NCBI GenBank assembly: GCA_043228905.1
Contig: JBHGNT010000014.1
Span: 10,106,001-10,170,000, forward strand
Direction: 5' to 3'
Source of the DNA: Azolla caroliniana
Lineage: Eukaryota > Plantae > Polypodiophyta
Length of the DNA: 64,000 nucleotides
Each line of letters starts with the position of its first letter. Position 1 is the first letter of the stretch. Below the pieces are notes generated by a model. The model made no database searches and was not told the origin of the DNA. It was given only the letters and a program-made list of their open reading frames with translations. The position numbers were made by a program, and so were the translations under genes. Below are positions 1-11,597 of the stretch, piece by piece.

Positions 1-35
1 TCGTCAAATCGGTTGACGAGAGGGATCGGAGTCAC

Positions 36-1649
36 GTGGGCGCCCTGCTAGAAACCGAAGACGGGCTGACAGCCGACTGGGCGGCGGTCAAGAGAGCCTG
101 CGGCCGTTTCGACAAACGGCGAGAATGGGAGGATGACAGAGCAACCGGGTCGGGCTCAGTCGCGGCGAGGAAACTCAAGCCGGCGCAGCCGGTGCGAAGG
201 GAAGAGACTCGGGAGTGGCTGGAATCCGGTTCAGCTGCGACCGACGTGATCAGAGGCTCGACTGGAGGAGCTGCGTTGGAGGAACTGACGAGGGCGATAA
301 AAGACCTCCAAATCGCACAAGCCCGCAGAGAAGGCGGAGGACCTGCTCGTGACCGACTGCCGGCGGCAGGGAACAGGTGCATGTGGTGCGACGGGGTCGG
401 CCACATCCGAAAAGACTGCGGCGATTTCGCAGAGGCGCTGAGGAACCGGGTGGTGTACCTATGGGAAGGCCGGGTTCACGCCAACGACACGAGAAGGGCC
501 CTAAACCGAAACGACGGGCGAGGCGGAATGAAGAGGTTGATGGAAGAGGCGGCGGCCCGACATGCGGAAACCGTCCACTACTCGGCGTCGGCCGGTATTC
601 GAGTCGGGGGCAACGAGGCCCGAAGAGGAAGCAAAGCCGGATTCTGGCCGACGGTGCTGGAAGGCCTTGCCGATACGAGGATGAAGAGGGAGGAATCGGA
701 CCGTGCGGAGAAACGGGTACGGGAGATGACCGGGTGGAGCGACCCGGTCGAGGAGAAGACGGGCTTCGTGGAAGCCGCTTGCCGGAACTACGAGGCTCTG
801 GTAGAAGAGAAGCGGGTGGGGAAACCCGGGACGACCGGGCCCTCACAACGATACGACACCCGGTCCGGGCCACGACGGGACGAAGCCGGCGGGGCCGGTA
901 CGCAAGATAAACCCCAGAAGGGCGGGTACCGTCTGGGGACGGAGATAGAAAGAACCACGGACTTACGAAAGGTCCTGGAGGAACGGATCCTCGACAGCAA
1001 GGTGGAGCTGTCGCTACGGGAGGTGCTCGGAATCGCGAAGAAAGAGTTCCACGACTCCATCGTGGACTTGGTCAAGCGGAAGAGGCTGTCGACGGAGGAG
1101 GAACCGGAAAGACCGGTAGAGGTGCGGACGGCGCACCTGGACGACATGGCGCTGGAAGACGAGTGGGCGGAGAGCCACTATTCGCGGCCACACTGGGCCC
1201 GAGCGACCACGGAAACCCCGGTAAAGATCGGCGATGTCCAGGAACCGGTAGTAGCTTTGGTGGACCACGGATCGGAAATCAACCTGATGTCCATGGACTT
1301 CTATAAGAAGGGCAAATGGCCGATCAACACCAAGCACGGGTGGAAGATAAGGGCGGCGACGCGCGCCACCGAGGAACTTCACGGGGCCTGCCCGAATGTA
1401 CGGGTCAAGATCGGCGATGTCGAGATAGACCAGCACTTCTTCGTGCAGGAGTCGTCATCGCACCCCGTCATACTGGGAGAGCCGTACATCACGGCGGCTC
1501 GAATGGAGACCAAGGTGCTGGACAACGGTTCGGCCTATGCGCGGGTCAAGAGCCAGGACTGGCGCCATTCGGTCCAGTTTTTGACGGTTAGGCCGAACCA
1601 CGAGCGTAACCGCGACTCCCTCGGTTCCGATAACCGAGAGGATTTTTAG
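36..1649 (+). CDS. gag-pro: Element A gag-protease ORF, N-terminus outside the window
   Basis: Zinc knuckle CMWCDGVGHIRKDC; aspartic protease motif LVDHGSEINL and VILGEPY. Confidence 0.85.
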   Translation: MGALLETEDGLTADWAAVKRACGRFDKRREWEDDRATGSGSVAARKLKPAQPVRREETREWLESGSAATDVIRGSTGGAALEELTRAIKDLQIAQARREGGGPARDRLPAAGNRCMWCDGVGHIRKDCGDFAEALRNRVVYLWEGRVHANDTRRALNRNDGRGGMKRLMEEAAARHAETVHYSASAGIRVGGNEARRGSKAGFWPTVLEGLADTRMKREESDRAEKRVREMTGWSDPVEEKTGFVEAACRNYEALVEEKRVGKPGTTGPSQRYDTRSGPRRDEAGGAGTQDKPQKGGYRLGTEIERTTDLRKVLEERILDSKVELSLREVLGIAKKEFHDSIVDLVKRKRLSTEEEPERPVEVRTAHLDDMALEDEWAESHYSRPHWARATTETPVKIGDVQEPVVALVDHGSEINLMSMDFYKKGKWPINTKHGWKIRAATRATEELHGACPNVRVKIGDVEIDQHFFVQESSSHPVILGEPYITAARMETKVLDNGSAYARVKSQDWRHSVQFLTVRPNHERNRDSLGSDNREDF

Positions 1650-4600
1650 AGAGGGCTGCCAAGGCGTGGGGCCGCGACAGTCCGGACACCCCGGGAAAAC
1701 CCCACACCTGTACGATAAAACCGAAGGAACCTTGTACCATAGGTAGGGGATTTTTGTTCTCCGACAGCGGAGCGTGTACGATAGTCGGCATCGGCGGCCG
1801 AGAGAAGACAAAGGCGGAGGGGAGACTTCGAGCGTGCGGAGTTCTCGGCCCTGACGAGGAAATCAACGGAGCCGTGGAGGCGGTCTCATTCGACGACACC
1901 TTGGGAATGCTGGGAAAGGTAGTCGAAGAAGGCCTTAACGAAGACCGGACGATACCGGTGTGTTCCGAGGAGATGTACGAAGTCATCGCGGACTTCGGTC
2001 GAGGGCTCGAGTCAGTTCGGACGGCCCACGTAAGCACCAAGTACAAGACTGTGGACCGGAAGGTAAGGCCAGTCGCGGCACCCTTACCGGAGGACAGCGC
2101 GTCGAGAATCAAAGGGGTTGCATCGGACCCTAGTCTACGAGATCCGGCCTGCATAGGGCACACCTTCACCGACGAGACGCTCCGAGAGCTCAAAATCGGT
2201 GGGGGCGGGTTCCTACTGCCGGCGGAGGAAGACCGGTTTCGGAGAATGCTCGGAAGGCACGGGAAAGCCTTCGCATTCTCGCCGGAGGAAATCGGGTGCG
2301 TTGACCCGACGATCGTGGAGCCGATGGTGATATTCACGGTACCGCATGTACCATGGAACCTCAAGCCAATCCCGGTTCCGAGAGCTCACATCCCGAAGTT
2401 GATGGAGCTGCTGAGGCAGAAAGTTGATATGGGAATTCTCGAGCCGTCGAGCGCCCCATATTCGAATCGATGGTTTACCGTACCGAAGAAAAACGGTTCG
2501 TTGCGCTTCATCTAGGACCTGCAGCCGGTCAATCGAGTGACCATTCGGAACGCAGGGATCGGACCGATCATAGACGAGTTCGCGGAGGCCTTCGCCGGAA
2601 GGTCAATTTACTCGGTCGGGGATCTATACTCAGGGTACGACCAGTTCCAGCTAGCCGTGGAGAGCAGAGACATTACGACGATGCGAACTCCCCTCGGCCT
2701 AGTTCGGATGTGTACACTGCCGCAAGGAGGGACCAACTCGGTGGCCCACATGGTGAATGCGATGAACAAGGTTCTGAGGGACTGTATCCCGGACGTCACC
2801 ATGCCGTTTCTGGACGACATCCCGATCAAGGGATGCCCGGTAGAAGAGAAGGACGAGACGATCGGGCCGGACGGATGCCGGCGATTCGTGGCGACGCACA
2901 TCGACGACTGCGAGAAGGTGCTGCGAAGGCTAGAGGATGCGAGACTCACCTTCTCCGGGGAGAAGTCGGCCTTCGGGCAGTCAAAAATCATGGTGGTCGG
3001 ACACCTGTGCGGACCGTATGGCCGGAAACCGTCTCCGGCAAAGGTAGAAGCCATCTCCGCGATGAAGCCCGACTGCAGCTCGGTCACGGAAGTACGGAGA
3101 TTCCTGGGGGCATGCGCGTTCTACCACATATGGATCCCGCATTACGCACACGTCGCAGAGCCACTGTACGGGTTGCTGAAAAAGGGGCGAAGGTTCGAAT
3201 GGCTAGACGAGCACGCGGAATCGGTCCGGAAGCTGAAAGAGGCCCTTGCAGCGGCACCGGCACTCCGGAAGGCGGTATACGGGAAGGGTACCCCGGTATT
3301 CATAACGGTGGATACCAGTCCGACCGGGATCGGATGGGTCGTGAACCAGGAAGACGAGGACGGCAATCGGTTTCCGATCCGATTCGGCGCGAAAGTCCTC
3401 AGTGAACGGCAGCGAGGATACGCCCAGGTTAAACGCGAACTCTGGGGTATTGTTTCGGCGGTTAAGGCCGACAAAGACTACCTGATAGGGACGGAAGTGA
3501 TCATCGAGACGGATTGCCTGCCGATTCTCGGTATGGTTTCCGGATGCGCGACTCCGGACCTGGCGATGCTCAGGTGGATAGCGTACGTCAAGTCCCTGGA
3601 CCCGGAAATACGACACATTTCCGGGAAAGACAACGCCATGGCCGACATGCTTTCGAGGGCGAGGTTCGACGACGAGGGCGGCATGGTTTCGGAAGACGAA
3701 GAAGTCGGCGTGGATTTCTTCGAGGCGGCATACATAACGACCGACGGGATGAGCACTCCGGCGCTTAACGAGTTCGACGCGAGCAAGTACGACGGGGAGT
3801 GGCTGCAGATCGGCGGATTTTTGAAGACAATGACGCCCGATGCGTCATGGACGAAGGACGAGGCCAACCGGATCCGGAAGAAAGCATATCGATTCCTTCT
3901 CCGAGATGGGCATTTGTGGAAGCACCCGAAGAAGAGGAACGGCGTCCCGCTCCGGGTGGTGGCGATGAAGGAAGAACAGGAGGAGCTACTGGCGGCCTAC
4001 CACGACAGCCCTTGGGCTGGGCACCGTGGAACGTGGGCGACGTTTGAGAAGCTGAAGGGGAAGTACTGGTGGCCGGGATTGTACCGGGACGTGCATCGGT
4101 TCGTGTCAACTTGCGAGAGTTGTCAGATGCACTCGATAGTCCGACACCGGGACGGGCTTCACCCTACGTACCCTCCGACTATCCACTTCAAATGGATGGT
4201 AGATCTGGTGACGATGCCGATGGGGGTAGGACAGATGCGGTATCTGGTCCTAGCGCGGGAAGACCTGACGAACCAGGTGGAAGGCCGAGCCCTTCAGAAC
4301 AAGACGACCGCGGCCGTGTGTCGGTTCCTGATCGAGGACGTGATATGCCGGTACGGGTGCGTCGGGAAGATCGTGGCTGACCGAGGGGAGTTGGACGCCG
4401 AGGAAGCCGCGGAGCTGTTCGATCGGCTGGGAGTCAAACTCTCGCTCACCACTGCGTACAACCCGGAGGCGAATGGAAAGGTGGAGCGCGGACACGGGCC
4501 GATCGTCAAGGCGCTGGTTCGGGCATGCGGAGGCCAAGTCGGTAACTGGCCGCGACTTCTACCTTATGCTTTGTGGGCAGACCGGACCACGCACAGTTCG

Positions 4601-5137
4601 GTAACCGGGTACATGCCGACGGAGCTCATGTTCGGCCAGAAGCCGATCATGCCGATTGAACGGACGATCTCCTCGTGGGCAACGGTCGACTGGAGGGACG
4701 AGATGAGCCGGGAGGAGTTGTTGGCAGCGCGTATACGACAACTCGAACGGAGACCGGAGGACGTGGAGACGGCTGCAGAAAGGATCCGAGTGGCGAGGAT
4801 AAAGAACAAAGCCAGGTTCGACCGAACGCACCGACTCCGACCGAAGAAGATCGAAGAAGGTGACTGGGTGCTCGTCTACGACAGCAGCCTCGACAACCAG
4901 CACCGAGCAACGCGGAAGTTTGCACGGAGATGGTTCGGGCCGTACACGGTACAGAGCGCCAACGACAACGGGACGTATCATCTGGCGGAGCTCGACGGTA
5001 CGAGAATAGCGATACCAGTGGCCGGGAAGAGGATCAAAGCTTTCAAGAAGCGGCACGACGACGAACCCGACCCGATTCTCCTGGACAGCAGCGACGACCG
5101 ATCCGAGGCCGAGGAAGGGCCGGCAGGCGAAGAGTAA
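1640..5137 (+). pseudogene. pol: Element A pol (RT-RNase H-integrase) in the -1 frame, with one premature stop at 2513-2515
   Basis: RT motifs DLYSGYDQ, LPQGGTNS, FLDD; RNase H VDTS...ETDC; HHCC (H..H..CESC); integrase core VADRG / YNPEANGKVER; WFGPY. Frame is open from 1634. Confidence 0.9.
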
Positions 5138-5209
5138 AGGCGGGCCGGTTTTCTCCGTGCCAACTTATTTTGGCGCATGCCGGTGGATGCGCGGTTAGGT
5201 GGGGGCGGA

Positions 5210-5900
5210 TGTCGTGAAGAAAACCGCCCACAAGAGGAATCGGAGGAACAAGGCGTGGGAAACGGCTCTACGCACACACGCGCGCCAAGAAGTACCTAAG
5301 GACGAAGTAGGTACATACGAGGATCCTAGGTGGGCAGATTCGGTTGGTATGCAGTTAATGCCAAACGGCCGCTTGACGGGCTATAAAAAGGAAGAGGGAG
5401 AATACGAGGAGGGGATCTCCCGCGGAGAGGACGAAGTGCTGCCGAACCGATTTCGGAGCTTCTCTCTCTCCTGCTCTCTCGGTCTTCTGCTCCATCGCGT
5501 ACCTGTGCAGGTTTCGAGGAGGCTTGCGCTGTTCCGTGGAACGCCCGAGTGCGTCCTGCAGCACCTCCGACCTGTTTCCCCCTTCTGTGCGTCGCGACAT
5601 ACAGGGGTCGGCAGTTGTTCGCCGCCCTGTTCGTTTTCGATAGCATCTATTTTGTGCCCCACCGTGGGTTGTAATGCTTTGGTCTGTTGTTTTCTTGCAT
5701 TCATAAGTACTTATCTCTCGTTGTTGCGTCCATCTGTGTCGGCGTTCATTTGTGATCTCTGTTTGTTGGGCCGTGTCCCTGTGCAATCGTCGGTTCTGCG
5801 CAATCGGATCTTCGGTTCTGTGTAATCGGGTCTCTCTCTCTTTCTTCTCTCTCTCTCGCTCTTCGGTTCGAGACCCCCGTGGTCCCTCCTCCTTTCTACA
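5210..5900 (+). repeat. 3' LTR of element A, about 690 bp
   Basis: Starts with TG after the PPT, has TATA-like CTATAAAAAG at 5381 and CT-rich tracts, ends TTTCTACA. The partner LTR is not in the window, so the right edge is inferred. Confidence 0.65.
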
Positions 5901-6802
5901 CGCAAGGGCGTAGTAACCCCGACACCGGCATAAGAGATGAGCTGGCCGAAGACTTTCAAGCCTTGGCAGAGGACCAACTAGGGCAAGTCCGGCAACTTGT
6001 AGCTCAGCTGGACGACGACAGGCTGGAGGCGCAGATCCAGTTTGAAAGCTACGAGAGGTCCCGGATCCGGGAAGAGAAAGCACGAGAACCGGTTACGGTC
6101 AACCTCAGTGATGAGGAACCGTTACTGGAAGGAGACCGGACCGGAAGCAGTCAAACGGAGATGCCGGAGTCAGAGAAACAAACGGAGCAGCCGCCTATAG
6201 AGCAGCCGGAGCAGCCTCAGTCCCAACCGCAACCACAGCAGCAGCAGCAAGCACAGCCGCAACAACCACAACCGGAAGAACAAGTGGAAACTCTGGAACA
6301 AAGTATTTTGGACAATTTGGGTGAACAATGAAGGGGCCGAGAAGGGTTCGACGTACAAGGTACTGTCCCACGGGCGTGCCATGTGTTACCGGCCGGCAAG
6401 GAGTCCAAAATACGGAGTGAAGGAATTAATTAAGTATGGTTGTAAATAAGCATAGTGTGGACGGACGGACTGGAAACGGTATGCCGTTCCAGATCCGGAC
6501 GGATCCCGAATAGGTGCGATAGGCACCGTTTTGTACTACGGGCCGGAAACCTATTTAAAGGCCCGGACCCCATTGTAATCGGAGCGGATAATTAATAGAG
6601 CGTATGGTGTTTATACTTCTGTGTTGATTTCCGTTCTGTACTTACTGTTATATCTTACGCGTGTAATTAACAAAAGCGCTCTAATCGTGTAACCTACTTA
6701 AGTCGGTGTAATCGTTGAGTCATAATCCTATACCGTAATCACCCTTTGGTGAAGTGTCTCCGTGACACCTTGTGTTAGGCCTTGTCCGGTCAGAGAATAA
6801 CA
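5901..6802 (+). mobile_element. Element B1: 3' end (ORF3 C-terminus plus 3' LTR) of a non-chromoviral Gypsy of the same family as B2
   Basis: ORF 5879-6331 (EDFQALAEDQLGQVRQLVAQLDD, then a Q/P/E-rich tail) resembles the ORF3 end of element C near 48770-48850. LTR nearly identical to 56409-56827. Confidence 0.85.
6384..6802 (+). repeat. 3' LTR of B1 (419 bp, TGTTA...TAACA)
   Basis: Direct repeat of 56409-56827 with about 4 differences seen by eye; terminal inverted repeats; CTATTTAAAG TATA-like box. Confidence 0.95.
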
Positions 6803-9063
6803 GTATGTACTTCAAATTCATGATGTTAACAACTTGAAACATCGACACACAACACCCTTATGTGGTAATTTGACTTGCACAACTAACCCAAGCCTAAAAA
6901 ACGTTGTTGACTTTACTATGGTCTTTGTTTGTTATAAAGAAAGCTCACAAAAAACTTACCAAATTGTTTGAAGTTTTTTTTGCAAAGAGTGTAATTTCTA
7001 ACAAGACTTATCAAATTTCTATAAAAAGAAGATCATTGAATGAGACATTAATAGACTTGGTATGGAAACAAGAAGCTGACACGAGACAAATTTGACCGAA
7101 AGATGAACCTAATCCGTCTTGCGTTGATTTTTTGAAGGATACTCTATCTGTAGTGTCTTCCATAAGCAACTTACTTTTCATCTTGTCTCCATCTCTATGT
7201 GCCCTCTAAACTACCATCAAGGAAGATCAGACTACATAGCTAGTGGCATAAATGTGAACCTAATTAAACATACCCAATTAGAGGCATAGATGGACTAGTA
7301 GCTTAACATTCATCAAATATAATTACTTATTGTTATTATTTATTTAATGTTGAAACTATAGATTTGAAGAATTTCCACCAATCACGCACTTTGGATTTCA
7401 ACTGATATTTCCACAAATACTCATGGCTTATAATCACTACACTTCAGCACACCATGTATTCAAACAAATTTCTCTTTCTTGGTGAAGCAAGCAATTCATT
7501 TTCCATACTTTCTTGGACAAATTAGGAAAAAACTAAGATCAGTACAAAATGTATTCACATTTATGTGTCGCAAATGTTGCCATGCAAGCTGTAAATTGTT
7601 GTCAACTACACAGTGCCCACTATCCAATAAGACAGTTGACACCGAATTATCATTAATTTCATACGTATTTGTTACTAGCTTTGCAATGTTGGCAATAGAT
7701 TATCCCACTTGAAATCGTAACCAGCCCATACAGCAATGAGTGATTTGAATCCCAACTTGATGAATGTAAAGATTAATATTGTTAGATTGGTGCAAGAATT
7801 GAACATCGTACATCTCACATGATTCAAATAGACAATGTCTGGCAATTATTGGATATGTTTTCCTAAAACTAAACTAGGCAAAAACTAATTAGTTGACATG
7901 ACATGCTGCCATAGAAGTTAAGCACCAAATATTCTTTTGTAGTTATATGAACATGGCACTATCTGATCATCCCATCATATACACTAATCGAAGATCAATA
8001 TTTCCTCACTAATTTAGAGATCATTTAAGTAACCAACGCCTTACAGAATAACCGATTCTAGCCCCAGAAGTGTCTGAGTTATGAAACAAATTTATCAGTA
8101 AGAAACTTGATAGCGGCTATGAAAGAAATTTATCAGTAACATCCAAACAAATTCAAATGTTATTCATTAGTATGGTGGAAAACATAAAGGAAAGGAGAAG
8201 TTGGAGTTATAGCATGAGCACTGCTGTGGTCTTCATTTCTAAATGATCGTCCTCTCATCCATTACCCAAAAAAAAGGTTTCGCACGAAATTTAGATGTGC
8301 CTTTCTGAGCTTGGGCCACCTCCAAACTGGGCAGGTAAAATGTTTTCATTCATGATTCGGCTTTTTCAAAACATTACTACGTTTTCTGAACACATGTAGG
8401 ATCACCGACCCTAAACTCGAATCAAGCCTAACTCTTATATAAAAACAATACCAGCCTAAACGAAGTTAACAATGAAACAAGAATTCTACACATTTTTCTC
8501 CCAAAGAACAAACCCACATATGTTTCATATTCCCTATGGCCAAATCAAACACATTTCGTTTTTAAGTCATGAAGAATGCAATATTGTGTGAAGGTCATTG
8601 CCTTCTGTTGAGAAACCCTTCGTGCTTTTCATTTCCAGGTGTTAGATGTATGCTTAAAAACACAAATGAGCATTTAATCGGATTGCAGTACACCCTTATC
8701 AGTTTGATATCTAGAAACAAGATCGTAGAGTGTTGCAATAGATCAAATCCATGGGCTCAATATTTAACAAAGATCAAAATATGCGAGAAAATTGATGATC
8801 AATGCCTGACATGAGATTATGTCATTGTGAAACAACAAAGAAAAAAAAAGAAAAAGGTTAAACCTTACAACAACAGTGTTAATGTCCATAAAAGGAAGCA
8901 AAATATCCATAAAAATATGCCCTTTTAGTTTAGTATATGCATTAAAATGAATCAAACTAAGCATAAGGAATCAGTATTGCATAAAATTGAAGAGAAGAAT
9001 CCATTACATCCTCCTCCTCCTCCTCTAACTCATCACTATATTCCAATTCTCTGGAAACGAAAA

Positions 9064-9522
9064 CTAGCGGAGGTACCCGGGGATCTTGATGCGTACAAAG
9101 AGCATGGACATGACATAGGAGATGAAGATGAGTGCAGCGGCGGCAGCGATGAAAGCCATACGGACCGACCTGTCACGGTTCTTGTCCACACCGAGGTCCA
9201 GTAGTATAAAACCGAGACCTCCAAGGAGGAACATGAAGCCGGAAGAGAGGCCCTCGATGATGTATTGTCCATTGACACGACCAGGCAGGAAGACGACAGG
9301 TCGCACAGCACCAGTATGGGGGTCTTGCCGGCTGCCAATGCCCGGCGGCTCCACGATCACGTCGTACACTATGCCCGACACCACCATGAAGTAAGTGATG
9401 AGGAGGAGTGCGAAGACAGACATGGCGGACGGTAGGGTTACGGTGTTGGGGAGCTTCAGACGCATCCGGGGCGGCCGCAGGGCAATGAAAGGGAGACGTA
9501 CTGCGTGCGTGAAAGGATCCAT
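9064..9522 (-). CDS. OSTC: Oligosaccharyltransferase complex subunit OSTC/DC2, 152 aa, single coding exon
   Basis: Motifs SGIVYDVIVEPPGIGS, RPVVFLPGRVNGQYIIEGLSSGFMF and C-terminal KIPGYL; three hydrophobic segments; intact ATG to stop. Confidence 0.95.
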   Translation of the reverse strand: MDPFTHAVRLPFIALRPPRMRLKLPNTVTLPSAMSVFALLLITYFMVVSGIVYDVIVEPPGIGSRQDPHTGAVRPVVFLPGRVNGQYIIEGLSSGFMFLLGGLGFILLDLGVDKNRDRSVRMAFIAAAAALIFISYVMSMLFVRIKIPGYLR

Positions 9523-9670
9523 GATCGCGATCTCCCTCCCTCCGTATCTGTCTGTCTGTATTTATTATCTGTATGTTACTTACTGGATCTGGCTATGGCT
9601 ACGGCTATGGCCTTCTTCTTTCACCTCTGCATCTCTGTCTCTCTGTCTTGTCTGTCTGTCTCTCTCTCTC

Positions 9671-10945
9671 TCTCTTTGTGTGTGTCTCTCTTCAATGGTT
9701 TCACACTCTATCTCTTTGGCCTCTCTTTGTGTGTGAATGAGTGAGTGAGTGTGTGTGTATGTCTCTCTCTCTCTCTCTCTCATACAGATTGTGGCATCAA
9801 AGTCAGAGAACTAAGTTCGACCCTCACCACATGTTGGGCCTTGTTCCGATACTATTTACGTCAATTAGTTTGGTCACTTGACCTTTCGAATCCTTTGTTA
9901 CTTGCCACATGACGAGAGTGATCCCGCCTCTATCTCCCTCATAGCAAAAAAAAAAAAAAAGGCATATGCATGACGCATGGCAAAGTTGCTTTTCTATGGC
10001 ACGCTGCAGGAAAGCAATTGTATCTATTAGCCAAAGTTGTATTGGATACACCCAAAACTTCTTGTGTTTCATCACGTAAGGAAAGAGTGAGTTGCATAAT
10101 GGTTGGTTTTCTAGCTCTATGGAGAGCTCGTAGATATGCAGTTTGTATAGCTAAATGGAAGGAGAACATTAAGGTTGTCAAGGAATAAATTAGAATGATT
10201 GAAAAGAAAAGTTCAAACTTATTTTTCCTTCGAATTGTGTTCATCATTATTACTTGGACCATTTTGACTTGAGTAGGAAGTGACCATCGCCTAAGGCTTC
10301 CAATGTTTTGAGAAACAAGCTCAACATGGGCCGTATCAACTGAACAAGCCAAGAGTCGGATTGGGTGAAGACCGATCGGCTAGGCCCGGATCAGATCGGT
10401 CAACCAAATCGGAGAACCGGATCCATGAACCGGTTCGGTGAGTCGGAGGCCGTTGGAGGCCTACAATCCTAGCCTAGTAGATAGACATAGTTTTAGAAGT
10501 TAGTGTCAATCGCTCAGTTATGAGCATTGAAGTACATGTCAATACTTCTGTCAATCCTTTTAAGGACTTAAATAAAAGTGCTCACTGAGCACACTTGTAT
10601 GTACAGATAGAGTATTATTTTGAGTTTGAGTTTTTGTGTTCTGCTCTCTCTGTCTCTCCCGTGTACTCACCATTGTTCTCTACATTTACCGCTATCTGTT
10701 GTTGTCCGGCTGAGCCGGTAGTGTTTGTGTAGCTTTCGCATGCTACTCGTTACATGGTATCAGAGCGCGAGGGTTGAGAATTTTCTACTGCCGACAAACC
10801 CTAACACCTAGTTGGGAATAGAAAAGAAGAAGAAAAGGGCAAAGGAATGGCAAGCTCACGTCTCTTTGTGTGTGTCTCTCTTCAATGGTTTCACACTCTA
10901 TCTCTTTGGCCTCTCTTTGTGTGCGAATGAGTGAGTGAGTGTGTG

Positions 10946-11006
<61 letters not shown>

Positions 11007-11597
11007 CAGATTGTGGCATCAAAGTCAGAGAACTAAGTTCGACCCTCGCCACATGTTGGGCCTTGTTCCGATACTATTTACGTCAATTAGTTTGGTCACT
11101 TGACCTTTCGAATCCTTTGTTACTTTCCACATGACGAGAGTGATCCCGCCTCTATCTCCCTGATAGCAAAAAAAGAAAAGGCATATGCATGACACATGGC
11201 AAAGTTGCTTTTCTATGGCATGCTGCAGGAAAGCAATTGTATCTATCAGTCATGTCAGTACTTCTGTTAGTCCTTTTAAGGACTTGAATAAAAGTTCTCA
11301 CTGAGCACACTTGTATGTACACATAGAGTATTATTTTAAGTTTGAGTTTTTGTGTTCTGCTCTCTCTGCCTCTCCCGCGTACTCACCATTGTTCTCCACA
11401 TTTACCATTCTCTGTTGTTGTCCAGCTGAGCCGGTAGTGTTTGTGTAGCTTTCGCATGCTACTCTTTACATGCTATTAGAGCGCGAGGGTTGAGAATCTT
11501 CTACTGTCGACAAACGCTAGAACACAGACAAACCCTAACACCTAGTTGGGAATAGAAAAGAAGAAGAAAATGGGCAGAGGAATGGCAAGCTCACGTC
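9671..11597. repeat. Local tandem duplication: 9671-10862 repeated at 10861-11597, with about 500 bp missing from copy 2
   Basis: 10861-11247 matches 9671-10027; 11251-11597 matches about 10535-10862. Confidence 0.9.

Larger units (their letters stand above)
1..5900 (+). mobile_element. Element A: GC-rich non-chromoviral Ty3/Gypsy LTR retrotransposon, 5' end outside the window, inserted into the 3' extra ORF of element B1
   Basis: Order gag-pro, RT, RNase H, integrase. Purine-rich tract GGTTAGGTGGGGGCGGA (5193-5209) then TG at 5210. After CA at 5900 the sequence switches to B-family ORF3. Confidence 0.9.

Noticed and set aside
2513-2515. In-frame TAG in element A RT as programmed readthrough
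   Set aside because: It lies within the conserved RT motif LRFI-x-DL and is best explained as a CAG to TAG transition.
250-5825. Many overlapping antisense and alternative-frame ORFs in A (likewise in B2 and C)
   Set aside because: Expected shadow ORFs of GC-rich coding or LTR sequence, with no recognisable motifs.
6803-9060. AT-rich region downstream of OSTC as a hidden gene or ncRNA
   Set aside because: Only short unconvincing ORFs and no RNA structure I can support.
9064-9522. Intronless OSTC as a retrocopy
   Set aside because: ORF is intact with no poly(A) tail or TSD; a short single-exon CDS is not evidence by itself.
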